Source: Lingula anatina (lineage: Eukaryota; Animalia; Brachiopoda). Taken from it: a stretch of DNA of 64,000 nucleotides. Numbering within the stretch: position 1 is the stretch's first letter; each line of letters starts with the position of its first letter. The notes under the pieces were generated by a model that had not been told where the DNA came from, searched no databases, and saw nothing but the letters and a program-made list of their open reading frames with translations. Positions 23,772 through 36,813 of the stretch are shown here, in pieces. A program made the position numbers and the translations under genes. The stretch lies in the NCBI GenBank assembly GCA_051362555.1, contig CM120645.1:13826001-13890000 (forward strand), in the 5' to 3' direction.

Positions 23772-25142
23772 GCACGCACACGCACGCACGCACAAAAATC
23801 GTGACTCAACCTGACTTCCATTTATTTAAATTGACAACCTTTAATGAACATTCCTTATTTAGACAGCATATAAATTAAAATTTTCAAATTAAAACATCGT
23901 ATCTTAATTGTCTTGGGGTCTTTATTAAAAACAAACATACAAACAAACAAAAAGGAATTCTGTAATCCATAACATCAGGATCACGTAATTTGTTTAAACA
24001 AGGATGGCAGATATTATATAGGCAGAATTTCCAAAAATCAGAGACAGCAAAATGACCGTCTATGTATCCATTTATCTATCAGACATTTGTTAATATCTAG
24101 TGAAAAATCAATCTGTGGCCCTGGTAGAGGGTGGAAGTGATCATACAGTCGGCAATATGTCTTTGCTTTTGTTCATTTTATCCAGCATTTAACGTTTATA
24201 AAATAACGACAGTCATTTCGTTACACGGTTACTGTAAAGATACCAGTAAGGCAAATGCCATTGTGTTAATCCTTAACCAGGTCCCATAAAAAGAAATAAA
24301 AAACACGCATGGATCTGGTACGTATTAAGTCCATTATCTTGGGATAAAGCGGGCGGATTAGTTATAATCGCTCGTGCCCCTCCCCCGTCGAAGCACGCGT
24401 AAGTTAAGAATGATTTTTTATGACCCGCCCTTAGCTGGTGAGAATGACTTCTTTAAAATCCGCCCGGAGAAGAGCGATTTCACAACAGATAAAAAGATTG
24501 ATACCTATTTTAAGAAAAAAATCTTCTTAACGGTCTTCACTGCACTCCTAGGCACGTGTTCTTTTATACATTTTAAACTGCATTTCAAGTTTCTCTGCAT
24601 TCAATGTATTTCTTCCAGGAATATTTCACATAATGACGCATCATTTTGGAATCCTCTTGATAAGGAGCAAGAATGAATGACACTGCGATAAAAGCAACAT
24701 CCAATTTGGAGCAACACCCTAAACACTTCTTACCAAAGTAAGAAATTTGATTTCCGGATTAAAATTTGATCTTAATTTACAGGTAGCACGTGTACGACGG
24801 CACACTGCCCCTGAAAATAACTAATCAAGTCGCCCATGTAGCCTACTCTGCCTATGTCGTGAGGCTATGTCAAGTTCGTTTAATTACGAAAAATAATCTA
24901 TTTCGAGTGAAAAATCATAACAAAAATAATATTTTAAGACTTTAAGTGTTTACACTGTAATCTGTTATTTGTCTTATTTCCATTCGGGTAACCGATTCCA
25001 GCGAATGTCGTCACGAAAACGACCGAAACAACAATGCATCTGAGCTATCAATAGAATCTAGGTTATGTACAGTGCGACCACTGAAGCGTGTTAACTGAGG
25101 GTGTTAACTTCACTGCTAACTGGAGAGAGAGAGAGAGAGAGA

Positions 25143-25503
25143 AGCCGTGAGGAGGGACGTCACTCTTAAACGCGTTCAAGGTGTTTTCTTTCTGGACTGA
25201 ATAGTCACGGTATAGAGTAGTGTGAAACAACTGGCTGAGCGCTACGCGTAGTACGTGTTAATACGACCACGCCTTTAGTGACCAGGTAAACAGAAAGTAA
25301 ACGACCTTCGATCAAAGAACTGACTAGGTCACGGGCAGCCTTCTTATCAATTTCATCAAGGAAGGACCTGGCTACCACTAAGTTCATGATATGACTCCCG
25401 CCACAAGTCGAACATGAAGGTATTTTAGTTGTTGATCGGCACGAAGTGGACATATTTAGTGTGAAACAGCCAGGCGCCACCCAACGAACGTTAATAGTTT
25501 AAG
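25143..25503 (+). other. Possible non-coding first exon of the GT31 gene
   Basis: CpG-richer stretch after a (GA)n tract ending in the consensus donor AAG|gtaagt (25504); an acceptor tctgtctttcag| lies at 35329, upstream of the GT31 ATG. Pairing the two is inference only. Confidence 0.3.
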
Positions 25504-26665
25504 GTAAGTTCGTAGTTCAAATTCCAAAGCTCGGGGAAGCATTTCAATCGGGTCAATGATTCATGATTGAGAACAACCTTTTATAACGTAGATAAGCAGC
25601 TGGGCGACCAATGTGCCCATGTTTTGGCCTGAAAAAGGCAACATGATCGCTACACGCAAGTTTCAGTCTGATAGACGGCCCCGCCAACCCGCGCAGCATG
25701 TGTCCATGAAGGGTGGCGAATAATGATTATGTTATACATTGTATTTGGGCAGACCTAGTTAGGACTCCCTGTAGCTGGGGTAGATTTATACTTTACAGTT
25801 TTATAAATATCATACCCAGCACTTGTTTGGCTCAAATAATAATCTTAATTGTCAGATAGGAATGTGTCTAGATCTGTTTATTTCCAAACTGAATCCTAGA
25901 CGTAGGCATAGAAGAGGGAAACAGCAAGAGGGCAACTTAATACAACACGGTCTATCGATAAAGAAACTGGGTCCACCTGTTCAACACCGCTAGATGTTGC
26001 GTAACTCACTTCACGTTAGATAAATCTCTTACCTATCAGAAACGGGCAGGTAGGTGGGCAAGTCTTAATATGACATTGGATGGAATGCGGACCTTTCTAT
26101 GTTGATCAGCAGTCGGCTGAGTGGTGTTGTATCTAGATTACTTCTTAGGCATTTAATTAAGGTACTAGCTTTCGACTAGGTACCCAGTGTACTGGTAGTG
26201 GTACACACTTCTCAGTAGGGTCACAAACAATACACCTGTACACAGTGGGGTAATTTTCACCTCAGCTGAAAATGGCCGACAGCGACAAGACCCATGAAAA
26301 ATAGAGGGAGATACACGCGAATGAAGGTGCTGCGCACTGAGCGACAAAGCAGGCTAATGAACGTGTAAGTAAAGCCCCCACCCCCAATACACCATCAACG
26401 TGAGACTAGACGGCGTATACAGTCACTATGCCCCGGAGAATAATTTTTAAAACATATCCACTCGATCATATCGATCATTAATAGTATATACAGGCTATAA
26501 TTAGTAGGTGGTGCTATTGTATTAACATACTGTGTACGAAGGGGCAGACATGTGAAATGTGAGTGAACGTTCGGATCGATTGACATATAATTTTTTCTTT
26601 GGCTTGTATTGACACAATAGGGCACTAGTGTTAACCAAATGGATGTAGATTTAATCTGATCTACG

Positions 26666-26727
<62 letters not shown>

Positions 26728-28013
26728 ACAAGAGAGTGATGGACTTATTTCAAACGGGGTTGGGTGGGGGGTTCAATTTATTCTTATTAGCTTTACAAGT
26801 ACATGTTCAAATCAAATACGCCTTTAGTTACAGAGCGACTGCTACGTTAAATACGATGGTCAGTATACAAATTGAGAAATTATAGTAGTTGGAGAGAAAA
26901 GCAAATATATATATATAGCTTATTATTTCTGTGGGCATGGCGCCTACCCAGTGTCTCCAAAAGCGACGATTACTTTACATATAGAACAACGTGCCTGGAA
27001 TAACTCTATTGTCTCCAATAAACCAAAGGAGTCTGACTATTAATGATTTCAGTACACATGCATACTAAGCGCATTGATCTAGGGCCGATATAATGCTTTA
27101 CCAACTACTTACCGGCGGTGTTTGGATAGTACTGGATTGGGGACGTGACCAGGTTGATTTCTCGATGCCTAGGCTAGTTTACACTCAGGCTATTGGATCG
27201 GATGGCAAACCAAAATTGGTCGCATCAATGAAAACGGTTTATGAAAGAAGTTGCATTTGCTTACCTATGTTTGTCTGTTAATAATTCTTACTCAGAAAGT
27301 TATTGTCGGATTTTGATAAAAATTTCAGGATAGGTAAGAAATGGACTAGCTACGATCGACATACAATCAGTTAGGTATTGGTGGCTATAAATTAATTAAT
27401 CACCAATAAGTAGGAGGAAGTTAGGATTCTCTAGGTGCTTTTCTAGTTGTGCAGAAAAATTGTTTCAGCGTATAAACAGAATCATTGGTATGTATTCTCG
27501 TGCCCATTGTTACCAACGAACAGTGTCAGATACATAATATCTCGGATTTATCACGCTTTTCATTTATTTACACCAAGACATATTCTGCGTGAACGCATTA
27601 CAGACTAGCAATCAAAACACTTCCCGTATTATAACCTGTAAAACCGATGTTCCCAATGCGAATATTTCGATAAAGCAACCACGCTAATGTAAATGAAAAT
27701 GAAAATCAGCATGCAGTATGCGTCTTAAGTTGCTTTATTTCATCGGGTGGGATGACAGTGGCAACGCTGGAGCAGAGAGATGAGGAGTAGCTGGTCCTCC
27801 AGCCTGACGCTATACAGTTGGACTGCAGTTATGGCCGTTTTATTTTTATTGATCATAAAGGTACTTTACAAACACCAACGGCTGAGATTGTAAACAATGA
27901 TTTTTCGTTTTAACTATCACATGATAATTGAAGATCACCTTGAAACATAAATCGAAACTGAAATATTTGCGTAGCGTAAACGAATAAAAACAAAGCGAAA
28001 AGGGAAGAAAAGA

Positions 28014-28087
28014 AGGCCCTACTGGGATTCGAACCCAGGATCTCCTGTTTACTAGACAGGCGCTTTAACCAACTAAGCCATAGAGCC
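28014..28087 (-). tRNA. tRNA-Thr(AGT): tRNA-Thr (anticodon AGT)
   Basis: GGCTCTATGGCTTAGTTGGTTAAAGCGCCTGTCT-AGT-AAACAGGAGATCCTGGGTTCGAATCCCAGTAGGGCCT: full cloverleaf, intact A and B boxes, followed by T runs (Pol III terminator). Confidence 0.97.
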
Positions 28088-28370
28088 GCTGTTGCAGACT
28101 GGTGTGACAATTCGTGTGCCCTGGCCCCTGTCCCGAATGTTGTCCTCCCGATATTATCGGGTTTATCTGATGTCACACAGCTTTTGTGTGGCCTGCTACT
28201 GATATGAATAAAACATGACAAAGATAAGGACTGAATAAGGCTCATATAGGCCAATAATAAATAAATGGCAACAAAGTCATCTCGGCTGAGGCGAGAATAT
28301 AATCTGTATTCGTTCACTAGACTTGAAAATGTTCTAAGAATATGTATTTTCTCACAACAGCATAGGAAGT

Positions 28371-28401
<31 letters not shown>

Positions 28402-29345
28402 GGGGGGCGAAAGCAGATGCTGACATCTGTGCCTAGATTAAAGTTATACTACAGTGATGTCCTCTCCTATATATTGTGCGTTCCTCGTCGTAAAGTATTT
28501 TCTGAAAATAATTGTCCGATTGCGTTGATCCGAACATGGACAAAATTACTGATTGTTTTACCGAAAAGCCTACACAGTAAGCCTAAATCAAATTACTTAT
28601 TCATCTACTTGCTGTACAAATGTTTGTCGTACTAAAAGTACACATAATGACAGGTAGGTCTACTAAGCAGTGATATTTACTCCAGAGAAAAAGAAGCACG
28701 GGCACACACGTCTAAGGTTTTTGTATTGATGTGGTTGTTAGTGTGTGTGTGTGTGTGTGTGTGTGCGTGTGTGTGTCTGCGTGTGTATGCCTGTGTGTGT
28801 GCGTCTGTGAGTGTGTGTATGAGAGAGAGAGAGAGAGAGCAGTGTCCCACCTATTTATACCGCTGTATTGGTCTACCTACCCCCCCCCCCCCTCCCCTGA
28901 GACCACTGCCCATGCGACCCTTCGGTTAATCCAAAAATTGATAGGCCTTTTTTTATAACAACTTTAATGGGATCTGTGATTTTCCATTATTGCTGTTTTA
29001 TGAAAACGCAATATCTCGATCATAATCACTCTATGCATCACCTTAGGCAATTAATAAGCATATTTGATACAGGTCTTTGTTTTGCCTTTCTTCGACTAAA
29101 AAGGAAACGCCTAGAGAAAGTCACCACGCACTGTGTCTGCGAAAGGTCATATGCAGTCAGATCAAATCAATAACCACAAACTAGGAGAAATGTTTTATAT
29201 TATTACCAGTAAGTGAGGTCCTAACAGTGATATTTAAAAAAAAGTGATACAAAGGAAAACAGGGTCTAAAACAGATGAGCCTGTACATACATATATTGCA
29301 TGAATCGGATGCATGCCAGCAACTCGGCAATGAGAATTTTTAGTA

Positions 29346-29388
<43 letters not shown>

Positions 29389-30440
29389 GGCGGTGTGGTG
29401 TATATGAAGCATAGAGTATTTATTTATTAATGTCACATTAATAAATGCTTTATGGTCCTATTTAGCTGGAGTGGTACTAGTATGCACGTACTTCAGCTGT
29501 ACAGATGATTGACGTCTAGATAGCCGTAAGAGAGGGAAAGCGAGTAAAAACCCCTGTGGCTTAATTACTTGTTATTACCTCAAAATGTACCGATACAGCT
29601 GTATCATTTTAGTATATGTCTGTTAATGTTGCTTGTGGTTTGACCTTAAGGGTGTCTTGCACGTGTGTTTCATGTGATGATTGGCATGCTAATGATGAGA
29701 ATTTCTGTTGATCAAAGCTTTTTTTTTTAAATTTCACTTCGAATGTTGTCATCAGCTGGTAAGAGGAAGTAACATCAGTATACCTAACAGACCAAAGGCA
29801 TACCGTCACCAGTATTGAAGATCAAGTAACAGCGGTCGCAAAGATAAAAATTGCCCATGAAATGTTTTTAAAAACTGCTTTCTCTCTCTCTCTTTCTCTC
29901 TCTCTCTCAAGTTATTCAAAGGTTATTCAAGTTAATTAACCCATAACAGCTTCAGTAGGCGTGCCAGACACCAAACCTGCTTAAACTGAAAGCTATTTGG
30001 CAAGAAACCCCTCGGCGATGGGTCGATCCTGCTAGAGCGATCTAGGTATGGAAACGGGGTCTTTGTATCAACACATGTTGCACGCATTCGATTGATTATA
30101 GACGTCGAAAGACCGACACCTCATGTGACCAACTGTATTGCAAAGGGTGCATTGCACGTTAGCTTCCAGCTAGGCAGAATCGTCGAGCGTTTGATCGTGT
30201 TTGATTTTAGGACAGTCAGAATATCGTGGTCTTATTTGTTGAAGTGAAGTGAATACCTGTAGGTCTACGTAATCAATAAAGACGTCTCACCAGAGTGCCA
30301 GTAGATGTCGTACAGGAAGGTCAAAGTACGTGGGTGACATAGATGACATTGGGACATTTTGTCTCTTCGCAGTTTCAAGACGAGGCAGTCGGAATCCGGA
30401 TGAGGTACGGTAATCGAATGCATATGTAGTGATCGAACAC

Positions 30441-30484
<44 letters not shown>

Positions 30485-30899
30485 CTGAGTGAGGTATTTA
30501 GACAGTCAATTGTGGTCATAATACTTGTTTTGTTTAACAAGCTTCTGGGATTTATCAGTGATGTAGCGTACAGCGTGCTTGCTGCATTCCATGTGCCTTT
30601 GGTCATTCACTATAATCATGTTTGAAAGGAGGTGGGCCATAAAAGAAAAAAAATAGGGTGGTAGAAGTTGAATGTCTTCATTGGTGCTTTATAGGTATAA
30701 TAGAAAAGGTAAGCTAGAGACAAAAATGCTGGTAATAAAGAATCGTAGACTAAATTGTGTCGTAAAAGTTTGATAACTGTAGAGATTGTGTATTGTTATG
30801 ACGGTGGCAGTCAAAACTTGGAGTAAAAGCCTGGACTTTGTGTCATACATATTGTCTTATTTTATCTTCGACTGCCTTCTACTAGACCAGAGGCTAGGC

Positions 30900-30944
<45 letters not shown>

Positions 30945-31021
30945 TTTATGCACTGCCCGAGGGCCCCCATAATACCATGTAATACAGCAATACATTATTT
31001 GTCATACATAAAAATGGTAAT

Positions 31022-31397
31022 CGTACCTTCCCCAACAAAAAACCCGTAATTTTGAAACGAGTACGGCGATATCACCGCCGTCTTTAGGAGTTAAAACAGC
31101 CACACCGCATATAATCTGGTTTATCTACATCTATAGACTGCTATCATTTCTTTCTTATTTAAACAATATAAAGTAGTTGAGGCAATGCGGCGGCGAAGAC
31201 TGGGGGTCGAAGGGCATAATTTGTCAAACATACAAAGGGAATTCGTAACCTTTCCCACCCAAAACCCGTAATTTTAAAAAGAATACGTCGATATCACCGC
31301 CGTCTCTAGGAGTGATAAACTGTATCAGCCCCACCGTATGTATCCTATCTACATCTATAGACTACAATCATTTCTTTCTTTTTTAAACAATATAAAG
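31022..31397. repeat. Two direct copies of a ~150-bp block (31022-31173 and 31243-31397)
   Basis: Shared aaaacccgtaatttt, cgatatcaccgccgtct, tatctacatctatagact, atcatttctttctt, tttaaacaatataaag. Confidence 0.8.
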
Positions 31398-32480
31398 CAG
31401 GTGACGTTTTTCTTCCTGCATAACACGCAGCTAACAACGTACGTGTCGTAGCTGAATTCAGTGACCAAGCGAATTAACGATAGAAAAATACGTGAATTTT
31501 TAAAAGTCTAATGGGATGTTCGAGCTATCTTTAGGGGCAATCGAATCACACCAGATCACGATGGAAGTTAATCTTATCATCCCCAATGGCAGGTCGGTAT
31601 AGGTGACTTAACCTCAATATGAAGCTTTCCGTTTATCTGACACGAACATATCAGATACAAGGAAAGCGGACGTGTAAACTTCAGCGGCCCCTCTGCATAT
31701 AAAGGCTGTATACGTTCAGAGGTGATTGGGTTTATTTATTGGATAGGACACGCCGACAGAATACAGTGAAGAAGGCCTACCATGTATGATTGTTTTCTGG
31801 CAGGTTTTTGAGGATACTGGTAAGCGCTTGTTGCAAAGAGGATAATGCCATCTGTTGAAACAGTAACCTCTGTAATAGCTGTCCTTGTATAGGGAAATTT
31901 TTAGTTATTGCCAGTCTAGATTTAAGTTATATTAGCACATCAATGTGCAGCTTTTGCCAACTAAATACAAAAGGTGAAAATTGAAATGATGCCTGCAATG
32001 CAAAGATAGGGAACAACTATTAAGATATTGGAAGGAATGTCAACATGACACTAAGCGACAAGTACAGGTGTATACGTTCAACGTGTTTGTGACAAAGCGA
32101 TGACCTGCTAAATGGAAGGGAATCGATGCGCAGAAATCAATTAATATTATTGGGGCTCACGTGCAAATAGGGCTCGACTTTGACGTAATGTTTGCTGTAG
32201 TTTCGTCTTTACATGGTAGGTACTCACCGCAGGTACGGTAGCAGGTAAAGCTGGAATCTGACGCCAATCGAAGCTTGTTAATCTGTCAATCTGATTACAT
32301 TCAGCGAGAGTCTCCACGGAGTTGGATTGATCTTAGCAGACCGATACTTTAATTGGGAATGAGCCCTTAGGAAGCAAAACCAGAGTAAGGCGCAAACCAT
32401 GATCAATTGTTACCTTTGTACAGACTTTAATTTTGCATGATATAAAAACAACCACAAAAAATATCCGTGGATAGATCAAT

Positions 32481-33434
32481 AGAGTCTTTTCCACGGTCAC
32501 GTGACTTCCGCTAAATTATCCGTGGGAACGCGAGATTTTGCGGGATTTGAAGTTTCAGGGGGAAAGTGTGGAGTGTACACGACGGACGCCATATCGAGGA
32601 GTGCTCATTTCAATCTGAATTTTCAAAGTTTCGTAACATGTTAACACCTGATTTTTTTCGAAAACATATTCATGGGAGCAGTTGGAATAGAAATTTAGCA
32701 GAAGTACCTGATGACTTTTCAATGAAAGAACTAAAAACGTACCTCATCGACAGCAAAGATAGGACATTCGGTACTTTTGTAGTATACCCCCCCCCCCCAC
32801 CCTGTAACTTCCTGAAACTTTCATTTTTCAAACATTTTTTTACAGTGTCTTTTGCACCTATGTCAAAGCTGTTGAAATAAAATGTTTTTGTAATTACCTG
32901 TGGTCTTTTTTATTAGTTTTAATCACGTTTAATCCACCCCATTGAAATACAATGTGAAAATTTACAATGTAACCGCAGCTTGCTGCGTTTTCGTTGGCTA
33001 ACTCTACCTTATTTTATGTGAACATAGGATTGATACATTGTATACTTGGATTTCCTCTGTGAAATTATTATGAGCTACTTGTTCACATAAAATTACCTTA
33101 GGGTTAGCCAACGAAAATGCGGCAAGTTATTGACTGCGAGTGTAAATTGAAGATTCTAACTTTGTATTTCAATGGGCTGGATTAAACGTGATTAACACTA
33201 ATAAAAAGTCCACAGGTAATTACAAAAGCATTTTATTTCAACAGCTTTGACATAGATAAACAATAAAATGTAAAAAACTGTTTGAAAAGTGAAAGTTACA
33301 GAAAGTTACAGGGTGGGGGGGGGGGGGTATACTACAAAAGTACCGAAGGCCCCTTCTACTCTTTCCCCCTGAGAAACAGTCCCGCACAAAATGGCGCGAA
33401 CTGCGCATGCTCACGATTTCGTGGAAAAGACTCT
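32481..33434. mobile_element. Deleted DNA transposon (ISL2EU-like termini) containing a nested ~580-bp palindromic element
   Basis: TIRs agagtcttttccacg / cgtggaaaagactct with AT on both flanks; short ORF remnant WNRNLAEVPDDFSMKELKTYLIDSKDRTF; inner inverted repeat 32767-33347 (ttcggtacttttgtagtatacccc...ggggtatactacaaaagtaccgaa). Superfamily assignment is tentative. Confidence 0.7.
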
Positions 33435-34015
33435 ATTCTGTCAGCTCTTATTCCTTGTCATTACTTCTGTCCCAACTCTCCTGCAAAACTCGCAAAATCC
33501 CGCTTCATTTTAGGCTAAGTCGCGAGACTTTGAGCCATCTAGGTTGATTGCATATTCTCCTTGAAAGTTCGACAATATAACAGCACTTGGATTTGCGCAC
33601 ATCTATTGTTTATGAGCATACAATGGAAACATGTCAGAGCGTCAAGAATCAATTCTTAAACACGCTGAATACACTTTGATGCAAATAGCTGACAACTGTG
33701 ACGATGTTCACCAGGAAAGAAAATGCATTTTACTGGTATGTAATATAGTATGTAATAACCAAGAATTGCGTACGGTAATTGGTGACGTGATTCCCTAGTT
33801 TAACGTGAAGCAAGAGGTAGGAACATGTACGGTAGAGTACAGACAGGCACTCAATCTCAAAGTCACACATGCAGGTGCGAATAGTAATCAACACCTTGTT
33901 AATGCTCAATTCATTATTAATGCATAGCTGGGGTTGATTAAAGAACAAGAGGACTGAGAAGGTTACAATGCCTATTTATTTTCTATTTATTTTATTTTGC
34001 AATAACTGCCATTAG

Positions 34016-34075
34016 TTTTTGATTCTGGGGATCGATTTTTGATTCTCGGGACCGCTTTTTGATTCTCGGAATCGA
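34016..34075. repeat. ~20-bp tandem repeat, three copies
   Basis: tttttgattct(g/c)gg unit repeated three times. Confidence 0.7.
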
Positions 34076-35520
34076 GTATAATTTTAGAGTATAGATAGAT
34101 TTTGCCGTTAATAATTTAACGGGCTGGGATAGAAAAGTTCTTCTTGGTGACAGTGTTTATTTAAACATGTACGACTCTGTTCTTGGCTGCAGGAAGTAGA
34201 AGTTGCAAGTGAAAATGTGACGTTATTGTCTCGCATTATCTTAGAGATATCGTATAATTCATTTTACTTGATGTCACAGATTTTTCCGTTGAATAATTCG
34301 GTACTAGGTTAAGTTTTCATTTTCAGTTATTTTATATCATTACAGGGCATACAAATGCTTACAGTGGTCAGGGTTTCGTAATCTTGGGATGTCTGAATTT
34401 GCAGCTCTAGTTGTTACATGTATGATGTACCGTGAAGGTTGCAACATAGCGGGCACCTTTGTTGTACACTGACAAAAATACGTTGAGATTAGTTTTAGCT
34501 CTGCATAATTTACATCCGTTCTCATCTCGCATTTTAAGTATAAGATACATTAGTTGTATAAATCCTTTGTATTAGTTGGAATAGTTTTTGATTTGGTACA
34601 AAATTATATGCTTAGGCCTACTGATTGTACATGTCTATGATGAAGACCCCAGTTGGTGCTTTTAACCGCAGGGGTTGTCATTGTTGTCAATGAAATAGGT
34701 GCCTACAAGTTGGATGCTACTTTGGTTTGCATATTTTAAACATGGGAAGTTATCTCTTTTCTTGGAAAACTCATATTCCACTCATGCAATCATTATTTCA
34801 TTTATGTCATTTTATTTATATATTTATTTATTCAATTTTGTTATTTGTGCATCGATTTTGCAAATGCTTGCCTTTGCATCCCCTCTACTGAAATAGTTGT
34901 TCGAAAAACATGTTCTAATTACCGCATTTCATTAGGATTTAATGGAATCTCCAGAGGCTTTACTCAGCACGTTATTTGACTTGACGTCACTGTGATAATG
35001 CCACAGACAACCTTGAATTCCAAACTGTACAATCACACATGCAAAGATCTAAATTGCTTGAGACACATTCGTTGGCGTTGGATTTATTTTACAGTTGCGC
35101 ATTGATATTCTTAATAAATCATTAACTGCCAGCAATGTCAACTGATTCATCATTATAATTACTGTGTTAGTTTAGTGACAAGTTGGCTCACTACCCGTTC
35201 TTAGGGTATCAAATAAGAGTAGGCCCCTATTCTTCGACGACAAGCATTTGTCGCCCCCCTCCCCCGTCTTTAAAGACAACTGGCTTTTAGTAGACATAGA
35301 TAACATTTTTATTTATTTCTGTCTTTCAGATGAAAATACAGTGGCGACAAGATGTTCCGGTTTAAAAATTCTTATCATCTTTGGTGGAAAAGCACACATA
35401 AGAGGCATCCATTGAGAGAATCCACTAAAACGGCGCGATTTTAGCAGCAAGTGACGAGAGCATTCTCATTCAAAAGAAGAAAAATACGTACAATATACTG
35501 AGATAAAATAAACCAACAAT

Positions 35521-36813
35521 ATGTTTCCTCGGAAATCTGTTTTGACGCAAAGGACGGTAAATGTCATAGTGATATTGTTGTTACTCTTCAATATTTATTC
35601 ATGGCGTCAGACGCAGCAGCAACTGGCGTCGCACACGGAAGATGTAGAACGACAAGGCTTGGAACGTATTGGGCGATCTTCAGGGCTTGAAGAGCAAGAA
35701 AGTTATCGAGCGTTCGTCCAAGTGATGCGGCCACAATCTAATCGTACTGTAAATAAAACAGGTAAACCTTCGAACTCACTCATCAATGTCGTTAAATTCA
35801 GACCCCGGAATAAAACAAACGAGGCACCACCAGGGGTCTCTGGTGACACGGGAGGCAAGACAGGCCGCACCGGGCAAAGTGGGGACACGGGCCAACCAGT
35901 GCGCTCGGTTCACAATTTTTACGGAAAAGTTTCTGCCGAGCAGTTTAAAGAGGCACTGAAGGTCAATTATTCAAATCCACACGATTTTAAATACATTATT
36001 AACCCTGGCGAGAAAACGTGTGGGCAGTCGCCTGTGTTTATTTTGACTTACGTGCATTCTAGCCCTGAACATTACAAACGTCGATCAACAATCCGCGAAA
36101 CTTGGGGCAATACAAAACTTTTCCCAGACTTGCAAATGCGTATGGTGTTTCTTATAGGGAAATCCCCATCGAAAACCGTCCAAGATTCTCTATTAATGGA
36201 GAGCGATAGATTTAACGACATAATCCAAGAGGACTATTTGGATAGTTATAAAAACCTAACATATAAAGGGATTCAAGGTCTTAAATGGATGACAACGTAT
36301 TGCCGCCAGGCGGAATTCGTACTCAAATCGGATGACGATATATTTATTAACATATTCTCTTTAGTTAAACATTTGAAAACTTTAAAACATTACGGGATAG
36401 CGAAAAGAGCTATACTTTGTCATTTATGGACCCGCATGAAGGTCATGCGCGACGTAAAAAGCAAATGGTATATAAGTCCGGAAGAGTACAAAGATGATTT
36501 TTATCCCAAATATTGTTCGGGCTCCGCGTTCCTCTTTTCGGGAGATATAGTGCCAGAGATGTACGAGATCTCTAAAGTGACCCCCTTCTTTTGGGTGGAC
36601 GATTTCTACATAACCGGGCTCCTACCTTCTCGACTGGAGAACGTAAAACACGAGCCTTTGAACAAAGCTTATTACTTTCAAGCGGATCTGGTGGAGAAAT
36701 TCACCGGGCCCCATTATTACCTGTACATGTTTGCGCATTTACACGGACTCGATAAATTTTATTATATGTGGAATATTATTTTTGAAAAGGAGCGAGGAAA
36801 AAAACCCTCCTGA
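35521..36813 (+). CDS. Beta-1,3-galactosyltransferase-family protein (GT31, Galactosyl_T), type II membrane, single coding exon, 430 aa
   Basis: Signal anchor VIVILLLLFNIY; stem; GT31 motifs RRSTIRETWG, ESDRFNDIIQEDYLDSYKNLTYK, FVLKSDDDIFIN (DxD), YPKYCSGSAF, VDDFYITG. Confidence 0.95.
   Translation: MFPRKSVLTQRTVNVIVILLLLFNIYSWRQTQQQLASHTEDVERQGLERIGRSSGLEEQESYRAFVQVMRPQSNRTVNKTGKPSNSLINVVKFRPRNKTNEAPPGVSGDTGGKTGRTGQSGDTGQPVRSVHNFYGKVSAEQFKEALKVNYSNPHDFKYIINPGEKTCGQSPVFILTYVHSSPEHYKRRSTIRETWGNTKLFPDLQMRMVFLIGKSPSKTVQDSLLMESDRFNDIIQEDYLDSYKNLTYKGIQGLKWMTTYCRQAEFVLKSDDDIFINIFSLVKHLKTLKHYGIAKRAILCHLWTRMKVMRDVKSKWYISPEEYKDDFYPKYCSGSAFLFSGDIVPEMYEISKVTPFFWVDDFYITGLLPSRLENVKHEPLNKAYYFQADLVEKFTGPHYYLYMFAHLHGLDKFYYMWNIIFEKERGKKPS

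Noticed and set aside
25205-25480. 91-aa minus-strand ORF with a CxxC
   Set aside because: Non-ATG start, no recognisable domain, no supporting splice context.
27910-28317. 135-aa minus-strand ORF
   Set aside because: Runs through the tRNA-Thr gene; spurious.
28369-30625. ORFs rich in VCVC, ERER, THTH or GGGG
   Set aside because: Translations of microsatellites and poly-G tracts.
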